In this document: positions 1 to 8,470 of the stretch, piece by piece
Numbering within the stretch: the first letter of the stretch is position 1
Layout: each line of letters opens with the position of its first letter
Origin: Piedraia hortae CBS 480.64
Taxonomy: Eukaryota
Direction: 5' to 3'
DNA: 64,000 bases
NCBI GenBank assembly: GCA_010093745.1
Contig: MU005974.1
Coordinates: 124,001-188,000 of the forward strand
Notes under the pieces: model-generated
Seen by the model: only the letters and a program-made list of their open reading frames with translations
Database searches by the model: none
Told to the model about the DNA's origin: nothing
Made by a program: the position numbers and the translations under genes

Positions 1-297
1 TTATGCGCTACTGCTCCGTCCTATCCGCTTCGGTGGGAGAAATGCCGAGCTTACGCTTCGTCTCAACCGGGGACGTCCTTGCACCCCGTCTTCGGTGGTA
101 GGTGGATTCAGCTGAACGTACGTGGCACCTCAGACGTTGGCTCCAAAGTGCGCTTACAAATAGCGTCACTCAATAGTTACGTCATAAATCACATGCAGTC
201 CTGTCACGAACGAAGCTATCGAGCATCACTCAGTTAAGCGGTATTGCACTCTTTTAGCTGGCGGACACATTTCCGTGGAAAACAGCAACCCACCACA

Positions 298-2199
298 ATG
301 CCTGATCAGCGGGCGCGGGAGGCCAACAGGCCGCGACAAGGATGGGAGGACGTAGCGTGGTCAGTTGCAAAAAACCTTCTCATCTTTGGAGCCATACAGT
401 ACGCCATGAGGCAGTTCATGGGAACCGGCAACCAAGCGAAAGCGCCTACACCAAACACGACCCCTGAGGCTGTACCATTACAGTCCCAATGGAGTGCTAC
501 CCCGCAGACAATATACCCTCTATGGCAGAGTAATGCCAGTGTGGACCTGAGCATGTACGTTAGTCCCGGTTTGGTCATGCCAAGACTTCACACCATGCCT
601 CCCGAAAGCTTAATCGTGGATGTCAAGAACTTCTCTTTGGATACGAGCAAGCGGGATCGCAGAAAAGTTCACAAGACGTTCAAAGTGCCACACGAAGTTC
701 AGCGAAATGGTACCTTGTGGGCCCACATATTCGTTGCCCAGACTGGATCGGAAATGGATCCAGCAAGCCCAGAGTACGATAGACAGAAAGCGTACTGGAT
801 GGTACGACCCTTGACGCAGTATCTGGCGAAGAAGAAGGTTGAAAAAACGCGAAACTTGCTCGAGGCTAAGAACGAAAGTGATACTTTGGTCCCCAAAGGC
901 CCGACTATCGCCTCTTATTACCACCCTAACATCAGCCTCTCGCTTATTCCCGAAGCCGGTGCAGTACAGTTGTCTCAGATGCATCCTGCGGTTCGTCAGT
1001 ATTACACGCTCGAATCCAGCGGCGGCCCCGATGGCACCGGCAGACAAGCTTGGTTTTACCCGCCGCTGTACGTCAACACGTTTTGGCAGTTGAAGTCTCA
1101 AATGACGGAGCTCAACGATACCGAGCCAGTCGAGACGTTGCCAATGAACGTCGACATCAACACCATGCCACATTGGCAATTCTCAATCATGGCATCTCTG
1201 GACGAGGGGATGAAGGAAACAGCACGTAGAGCAGCATACGGACAGTCAACCGCTGGTGGTGGCGATGGTACGGAGCTGGAAACCATTAAAGAGGTTCTCC
1301 TCAACACAAACCCATGGCTGCTGGGAACTACTGGCGTGGTCAGCATTCTGCACATGTTGTTTGAGCTCCTTGCATTCAAATCCGACGTTGGACATTGGCG
1401 TAATAAGAAAGACAATGTTGGAGTGTCCGTACGCACCATCATCTCCAACGTAGTGATGCAGACCATCATCTTCCTCTACCTCGTCGACAATAACGAGAAC
1501 ACATCATGGATGATCCTCTTCGGACAAGGCGTTGGCATCCTCATTGAGGCATGGAAAGTGACCAAGACGGTTGATGTGCGCATTCGTCAGTCCACCCCAG
1601 GGTCGTGGTTCGCCAAGCTGGGCTCTCCGTACGCAATCGTCTTCGAAGACAAACACAAATTGTCGGAGACGGAGGAGAAGACAGAAGAATACGACCGCAT
1701 CGCGTTCAAATACATGGGCATAATTGCCGTGCCCCTGCTGCTCGCCTATGCGACCTACTCTCTAGTCTATGAAACCCACAAGAGCTGGTACTCGTTCATC
1801 ATCACAACATTGGTTGGCTCCGTCTACGCATATGGCTTCCTAATGATGGTCCCCTCGCTGTACATCAACTACCGCCTAAAGTCCGTCGCGCACATGCCCG
1901 CGCGAGCAATGATGTACAAGTTCCTCAACACATTCATCGACGACCTCTTTGCATTCACCATTAAAATGCCCCTTCTGCACCGCCTCGCGACATTCAGAGA
2001 TGACGTCATCTTCTTCGTCTACCTCTACCAAGCCTGGGCCTACAAGGTCGATTACTCCCGCGTTAACGAATTCGGACAGGGCGGTGAAGATGACCCTAAA
2101 CCAGATAAACCTGAACCCACATCCTCCTCCTCCTCAACAGCCATCGAAACGAAACCCAAAGCATCCCCACGCCTCCAATCCCAAAAGAAAAAGACGTAG
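298..2199 (+). CDS. CLPTM1-family multi-pass membrane protein (putative lipid scramblase)
   Basis: Intronless ORF with first ATG at 298. Carries CLPTM1-type motifs (NGTLWAHIF, LHMLFELLAFKSD, YGFLMMVPSLYINYRLKSVAHMP, YKFLNTFIDDLFAF, Y-VD-SRVNEFG) and several TM segments. Confidence 0.9.
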   Translation: MPDQRAREANRPRQGWEDVAWSVAKNLLIFGAIQYAMRQFMGTGNQAKAPTPNTTPEAVPLQSQWSATPQTIYPLWQSNASVDLSMYVSPGLVMPRLHTMPPESLIVDVKNFSLDTSKRDRRKVHKTFKVPHEVQRNGTLWAHIFVAQTGSEMDPASPEYDRQKAYWMVRPLTQYLAKKKVEKTRNLLEAKNESDTLVPKGPTIASYYHPNISLSLIPEAGAVQLSQMHPAVRQYYTLESSGGPDGTGRQAWFYPPLYVNTFWQLKSQMTELNDTEPVETLPMNVDINTMPHWQFSIMASLDEGMKETARRAAYGQSTAGGGDGTELETIKEVLLNTNPWLLGTTGVVSILHMLFELLAFKSDVGHWRNKKDNVGVSVRTIISNVVMQTIIFLYLVDNNENTSWMILFGQGVGILIEAWKVTKTVDVRIRQSTPGSWFAKLGSPYAIVFEDKHKLSETEEKTEEYDRIAFKYMGIIAVPLLLAYATYSLVYETHKSWYSFIITTLVGSVYAYGFLMMVPSLYINYRLKSVAHMPARAMMYKFLNTFIDDLFAFTIKMPLLHRLATFRDDVIFFVYLYQAWAYKVDYSRVNEFGQGGEDDPKPDKPEPTSSSSSTAIETKPKASPRLQSQKKKT

Positions 2200-2256
2200 C
2201 TAGAAATCAAACAATCCTATACAGACGCGAAGAATCCCTCTTCCTCTCCTCTCTAC

Positions 2257-2787
2257 CTAACTACCGGTAATCCACCTCCACAGCGTCCCCAGCCCCGCTC
2301 CTGCCCCTCCATCCCCATGCCTCGCAGCCTCAATCTCAATCCATCGTTTCAAAAACTCCCTGTCCCTCAACTTATTCAAATCATCCACTTTCGTCAAACT
2401 CTGCGGTTCCCCCCTATCAAACGCCAACAACGTCGGAATCTTATTAATTCCGAACCTCATCCCGATTTCCCCCGTGGGAGGTTGAAAATCCGGCGCATCG
2501 AATTCGACTTCGACGAAACTTACCCCGCCTTGGGCTTCGCCGGTTCCGGATTCGACGAGGGCGGTTATGTTGGAGGAGATTGTGGGGGAGTCGGCGTCCC
2601 AGCGGGTTGTGAAGAGGGTTAGGAGCGGAATGCGAGTTGAGGAGGAGGAGAGGATTAGCGTTGAGAGCTCGGATTCGCTTCGTGCCCGCGTGGGATAGAT
2701 TTTGTTTTGGATGGAGGTGGGGCGCGTGGTTGTGAAGCGGCGGGTGACGAGGATGCGGATTGTGGGTGTTGTGAGGGGGCGTTTCAT
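2257..2787 (-). CDS. Thioredoxin-fold protein, probably mitochondrial, lacking the CxxC cysteines
   Basis: ATG at 2787. R/T/P-rich presequence-like N-terminus and thioredoxin-like elements (FVEVEFD, RFGINKIPTLLAF). WDADS stands at the expected WCxxC position. Confidence 0.7.
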   Translation of the reverse strand: MKRPLTTPTIRILVTRRFTTTRPTSIQNKIYPTRARSESELSTLILSSSSTRIPLLTLFTTRWDADSPTISSNITALVESGTGEAQGGVSFVEVEFDAPDFQPPTGEIGMRFGINKIPTLLAFDRGEPQSLTKVDDLNKLRDREFLKRWIEIEAARHGDGGAGAGLGTLWRWITGS

Positions 2788-2933
2788 TGTGCTGCCTTTG
2801 CTGGTGGATGAGGTGAGGTTAGGATGTGATTTGTGACGGATGTGACGTGTAACAGATCCGAGGCGGCTGGGGATGACAGGCAACTCATGAACATTAGGTC
2901 GTAGGATACAGATTACTAGGCTACAGCATACAG

Positions 2934-4586
2934 TCAACCCTCCACAGCTGCACCGCGGCCTCGACGAGGGCCACGGCCACGATATCCACCGCGTGGACCT
3001 CGTCCCCGTCCACGGTATCCCCTGCCAAAGGCGCCATCAACGGAGCCCTGGCCAAATGTCTCCATATTGCGGCTCCGTTCTTCGCGTCGCGTCACACGTC
3101 CCTCAACATGTCCGTCTCCTTCATATCGATCCCGCAAGTCGCTAGAAATGTTGTCGAAGAAACTCGTCTTTCTGTTGTACGCCTGCTCCGATTTAGGCGC
3201 TTCCACAACAGCCGCATCGCCGCCAGCAATGGCCTCTTTGACGAGATCTTCCTTGTTAAACTTGGCGTTGGCGCCTTCAAAATCGTAGTCTTCCTTGGGC
3301 ACCTCAATGCCACCACGTCCCCCACGACGTGCTCGCCCACGTCCCCGTCCCCCGTCTCCACGTCCTCGTTCTGCACTTCCTCCTTCTACTTGCAACTGTG
3401 CCATTCCCTGTGTTACCGCATCAGCCTCTGGTTCGGGGTGGCCCAGCCGCGCCATGGCAGCAGCCACTGCGGCCCTAGCAGTTGCAGTTGAATCTTCTGC
3501 TTTTGCGGGACCCGCAGTCTGCTCTATAGGGGGCGATGCTACGGTCGGATGCGTAGTCGGGGGCTGGGGCGACTTTGCTGCCAACGTCCGGGGAACGGCA
3601 AGGGGTACGGCCACGAGACTGGGATGCGCTCTTTGCACAGTTGGCTTTTTCGTGGGCGCTGTAGATGGCCCCGCCGTGATCGGCTCAGTCTCAATGGGAA
3701 GCGAAGGGGCGGAAGTCGCTGGGGCTTTTGCTGGGGTAGAAGTAGCAACTGGTAGTTGTTGGGCAAGAGGAGAAGCTTGAGTGACGGCAGGCTGCGACGA
3801 GGGCGGCCTGCCGGCCATGTCTTGCGCCGGTGTCCTGGTGCTTTGCTCCGGTATCGGCTGCCTTTGTGGCGGGCCGATGGGCATCTGCTGGAAGGCAGGG
3901 TGCGTCGGCGCAGGCCCGAAACCTACAGGCAATCCGTACGCCGCAGCGGCTCCGCCCATAGGACCGCCCCAGCCTAAGCCATAACCTGTCATCGGTCCAG
4001 GAGACGCTGTCGCGCCCGGGAAGCCATGTGGCCCACTTGGTCCTCGAAGCCGCGGCGGCTGATGTGCCTGGTACGGCGGAGGCACTGCTGCCGGCGGTGA
4101 CTGGTTACGCGGCTGATTCGGCCTTATAGGCTGAGGACGGATAGACTGGAAGAGGTTAGCCTAGAACACACGCAATGCTACATGCAACAGCTTCAGAATG
4201 GAATCAGAAGGAAGGCAACAAGGAAAGTCTCCGCATTATGTTTGCGCCTCAGAGACATTTTACATCCAAGATTTTTCATCAGTTCATAGGGCAACAGAGA
4301 GCGAACTTACCCCCATAATGGCTGGATCATCGGGAATCGCATTCTCCTTGGACGGAGTGGGCACAACTGAGAGCTCTTTCACGTCCGAGCCGCGGAATAT
4401 AATGTACTCAAACACGAGATCCGATGGGGCAACTTCCCGCTCCGGACACCGCCCTTCGGTGCCGTGGCTCCTGACGCCCTCAAGAGCGACGGTGTGGTCC
4501 TCGCTGTTGATCTCATGGAGCTTGCCGGTATAGCGAATGTCGGATTTTGAGATGAGGGAGATGAGCGTGCCAATGTACTCGGACAT
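2934..4586 (-). CDS. SCD6: Scd6/Sum2/LSM14 translational repressor; exons 4586-4311 and 4145-2934
   Basis: Lsm14 N-domain (MSEYIGTLISLISKSDIRYTG...YIIFRGSDVKEL), DFDF box (EDYDFEGANAKFNK), FFD box, TFG box and RGG tail. Intron 4310-4146 (GTAAGT...GCTAAC...CAG) keeps the frame. Confidence 0.93.
4198..4287 (-). ncRNA. snR52: Intronic box C/D snoRNA, snR52-like (guide for 18S Am420, yeast numbering)
   Basis: Box C TGATGA at 4281-4276 and box D CTGA at 4207-4204. The guide TGTTGCCTTCCTT upstream of box D is complementary to 18S AAGGAAGGCAGCA, and the D+5 rule lands on the A420 equivalent. Short terminal stem; about 47 nt from the branch point. Confidence 0.85.
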
Positions 4587-4769
4587 TGTGCATTGGTGAG
4601 GAGGGTGTTGTGAACGCGCCAAGGAGCTGGTCAAAAGCGGATCTGTTCCGGCCGATGAAAATCGAAGGTTGATTATGAGCTAACCTTTTTGGTATTAGTG
4701 CCAGACTGGTAAAGCTACCAGATGTCGCCACAGGCCCCAACGAGTAGAAGGAGAAAATGATTAGCCGAT

Positions 4770-6415
4770 CTAAACGTCACTTTTGAACTCTACCTGCGGC
4801 CTTGCAACATCCTCCACGATCTGTTCACCTACAACAGGTGGGCCTTTGAAGACCATACGCCCTCTAATGAGATACCATGCAAGGCTGATGATCGCGAAAC
4901 TTTTCTGTCAGTCTAGTTTTTGTTCACAGCTCGGTGTAGTACTTACCCAGCAAATACGACCGATGCATAATTCATGCTGCCCGCTTCCACAGGTAAACTA
5001 ATCGGCATGCAGAACAAGACAATAGCCATTACTGTCCAGCAAAGACAGATGATGTTGATCAGATATCCAAATTTTCCCAAAGAGAAAATGGATTGCGAGA
5101 CAAGTTTCCGCTTACGCAAGACGGAAACGAGAATTGGCAATGCATAACCGCAATTCAGACAGATGGTGGCCACTCCTGTAAAGCTGTTGAATGCAGCCGT
5201 GGAGCCAAAATATATCAGCCCCAAGAGGGCATCCACGACTGTGGACAAGACGAGGCCCCACATAGGCACCCCGAGCTTGGGGTGGGTCTGGCCCAACCAC
5301 CTGCTTCCCGGTACGGCACCATCTGGAAGATATATTAGTAGGTTTAGGTGATGTACTCACCACTTACCTCGCGCAAATGCAAACGTGCAGCGACTGGCCG
5401 CTGTGAGAGCGCCAATGCCGGCAAAGATCATGATTCCGAGAACGAGGAAAAGCAGTCCAAACCCTCCGCCAGCGGAGCCGGTGGCATGTTTGAAAATGAG
5501 ACCAATTGGCTGGCCGCTTGCCACAGCCAGTAAATCTCGAACTTCTGGTAAGACAAACAATACAGGCAAAAGATAAATCACTCCCATAACCCCTGCCGCG
5601 GCAACAGACATGACCATGGCCTTTGGTACCTCTCGTGCAGGGTGTTGAACCTCTTCACACATGGCTGCAACCAGGCCGTATCCCGTTAAAACATAAGCAG
5701 GTTGGAGAAGGCCTACGAAGAACGTCCACCCAACTGGCCAGCCAGATGCGGAAGCATCGTAGTGCCCAAAAACAAAAGCACCGCTTCTGCGACCTCCCCG
5801 TGCCATACTCAGCAAAACAACCAGAATGATAACAACGCTCGCCGCTGTCCAATAAATGCAGAGTTTGTTGATAAAATCCAAATACTTGGACCCATATGCG
5901 TTGACCAGAAAGCAGACAAGCATGATGACCCAGAAGCAGAGGACGGTTTGCCATGCGTTGGCAGTCCAGTCTTCCTTCCAAAGCGACACTGCGCTGAGCA
6001 GGAGCTGTGCCCCGCCAAAGTTGATGCTTAACGTAACCGTCCAGTTTCCTACGAGGTTCAGCCAGCCAGTCAACCAGGACGCGATGCGTGCCCATTTGGG
6101 AGTGGCCATCATCGCGCTCCAGTAGTAGACTCCCCCCGCGGTGGGGAACACGGCACAAATCTCAGCCAGCGAAGCTGAGATGGAAAGTGAAATGAGGGAA
6201 ACAAGAACCCAGCCCCAGAATATCGTCACGGCTTGTCCATCAGTCAAGGTAATGAACATTGTTGTAGAAAGGCCATAAGGCACAGCCATAATGGCAAATG
6301 ATAACCCGAGGATACTGAGCGTGCTGAGTCTTCGAGGCAGGGTAGCCACATAGCCCATTGCCGCAAGCTGGGCATCTGCGTCTGCATCTTTGGACGATTT
6401 CTCCAGTTCCGCCAT
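4770..6415 (-). CDS. APC-superfamily amino-acid/GABA/choline permease (UGA4/HNM1-like); exons 6415-5368, 5322-4947, 4899-4770
   Basis: Motifs SLAEICAVFPTAGGVYYW, MCEEVQHPAREVPKAM, ASRCTFAFARDGAVP and MNYASVVFAG. Two ~46-nt introns restore the frame. Confidence 0.88.
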
Positions 6416-7248
6416 GTTGAAAGGGACAACGCTGGAGACATGGCACGAGGAAGGCGGGGAGTACTAGAAGGCGAGGTTTAGCTCTGAACTTTGATACGCA
6501 GCGCATTAGCCCGGAGATATGGCGTTCATGGCGCAAAGGTTCGCGAGATATACATGTCCACAAACCCAAAGTTAGGTAATTTTGAAACGAACGTTTCGCC
6601 CATGTTATCTGCCTAGGATTGCGATGTCGCGATGCGAGATATTCTCCGACCAGTGTCTCCATGAAGGCAGCGGCCTGGACTTGGCATTTGCCAAACTTCA
6701 TGGCAGGGAGTTTGACATGACCACGCCGCATGTAGGCCCTATATCATGACAGGTTTACAAAGCCCAAAATCGTACGTTTGTGGAGTTTGTCTACGCATTC
6801 GTCTAAGTCTGCTGAAAACCATTGTTCCACTGCCAAGGATCGGGATAGATCTGAAACAAAAGCTGGCTTTCATTCTCTTGTGCGCTACACTCATCTATGA
6901 TAGGTAGCACATATCCCTTTTGAAATGGCCTTTCCTGGATCGTTGCTGGACCAGATACGTCTCCATCCATTTAGCGGTGGCTTTTATCACTTGAAAAATT
7001 GAAGTCGACGAATTCATGTGTCGACTTGTTCAAAGAGATATGTTGGAAATGACGCAATAACACGAGCATACCACCTCCATTCACAATTCCCAACCTTCAA
7101 TTCTCCCACTTCAAAACCTGCACATATCCAGAACTAAAGTCCAACGCAAGAGCGGATATAAACTCCAAATGCAGATATCACATCCTAACCCTAAAAACAT
7201 CGTCAACCTCACTCGCCTCAAGCAACGCAACCCGTTGAAAAGATCAGA

Positions 7249-8466
7249 ATGAAACCTTTCCTCCGCCTCCACCGCCCTCCCCCGCGATTCCTCCAAGAAT
7301 CACAACGCTGGACAAGCAGCAAAACCACCCCCTCTCCCTCCACTCCATCCTCCAACCTCATCATCGCTTCCGCAGTAGGAGGCGCCTTCCTCGCCCTATC
7401 CACGACCCTCTACTACACCCACACCCCCATAAGTCTCGAAAGCAACAGCAGCACCACCCTTGCAACCCAAGATGCCACATCGCGCTACACCTCTGGCGTG
7501 ACGCCCACCTCCTCCATGCGCCTCCGCATGGAAGACTTCATCTACCGCACGCAACACACCATCGTGTCTGCCCTCGAAAAAGTCGACGGCAAAAAGTTCA
7601 TGATCGATGAGTGGAAACGCCCCGACAACGGCGGGGGCGGCACATCCTGCATCCTCCAAGACGGCAACGTTTTCGAAAAGGCCGGCGTAAACGTCAGCGT
7701 TGTGTACGGAAAACTCCCGCCCAAAGCGGTAAAAGCCATGCGGGCGAATCACCGCGCGTTAGCAACCCAACCTTCAAGCGAGGAGGGGGAGAGGGAGTTC
7801 TTCGCAGCAGGGATAAGTCTCGTGGTACACCCCAAAAACCCGTTCGTGCCGACTGTGCATTTGAATTACAGGTATTTTGAGACGGTGGGGCCGGAGGGTG
7901 AGGTTGCTTGGTGGTTTGGTGGCGGGTCGGACCTTACGCCGAGTTATGTGTTTGATGAGGATGTGGTGCTGTTTCATGGAGAGTTGAAGAAGGCGTGTGA
8001 GAAGCATGATAGGGGTTATTATCCGAGGTTTAAGAGGTGGTGTGATGAGTATTTTTACCTGCCGCATCGGGGAGAGAGGAGGGGGGTTGGGGGGATTTTT
8101 TTCGATGATCTCGATGGGTCAGAGGAGGAGGGGAAGAAGGATAAGGAGGAGATTTTTGCGTTTATTAAAGATTGTGCGGCGGCGTTTTTGCCGGCGTACA
8201 TTCCTATTGTGGAGAAGAGGAAGGATTGGACGTTTACGGAGAGGGAGAAGGTGTGGCAACAGATTAGGAGGGGGAGGTATGTGGAATTTAACCTCGTGCA
8301 TGATAGAGGGACGCAGTTTGGACTCAATACCCCCAATGCGAGGGTGGAGAGTATACTAATGTCGCTGCCGCTGACGGCGAGGTGGGAATATATGCATGCT
8401 CCGCAAAATGGGAGTAGAGAGGAGAGGTTGTTGAATGTGCTAAAGACCCCAGTGGAGTGGGTGTAG
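7249..8466 (+). CDS. HEM13: Oxygen-dependent coproporphyrinogen III oxidase with N-terminal presequence and TM segment
   Basis: Motifs FEKAGVNVSVVYG, HPKNPFVPTVHLNYRYF, WWFGGGSDLTP, RGVGGIFFDD and RRGRYVEFNLVHDRGT. Confidence 0.96.
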   Translation: MKPFLRLHRPPPRFLQESQRWTSSKTTPSPSTPSSNLIIASAVGGAFLALSTTLYYTHTPISLESNSSTTLATQDATSRYTSGVTPTSSMRLRMEDFIYRTQHTIVSALEKVDGKKFMIDEWKRPDNGGGGTSCILQDGNVFEKAGVNVSVVYGKLPPKAVKAMRANHRALATQPSSEEGEREFFAAGISLVVHPKNPFVPTVHLNYRYFETVGPEGEVAWWFGGGSDLTPSYVFDEDVVLFHGELKKACEKHDRGYYPRFKRWCDEYFYLPHRGERRGVGGIFFDDLDGSEEEGKKDKEEIFAFIKDCAAAFLPAYIPIVEKRKDWTFTEREKVWQQIRRGRYVEFNLVHDRGTQFGLNTPNARVESILMSLPLTARWEYMHAPQNGSREERLLNVLKTPVEWV

Positions 8467-8470
8467 TTGT

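Noticed and set aside
7185..7194. CTAACCCTAA telomere-like motif (also CTAACCCTA at ~48068 and CTAACCCT at ~43752) as telomerase template
   Set aside because: The first lies 55 nt upstream of the HEM13 ATG in C/A-rich DNA with no room for a telomerase RNA. At most these are telobox-type promoter sites.
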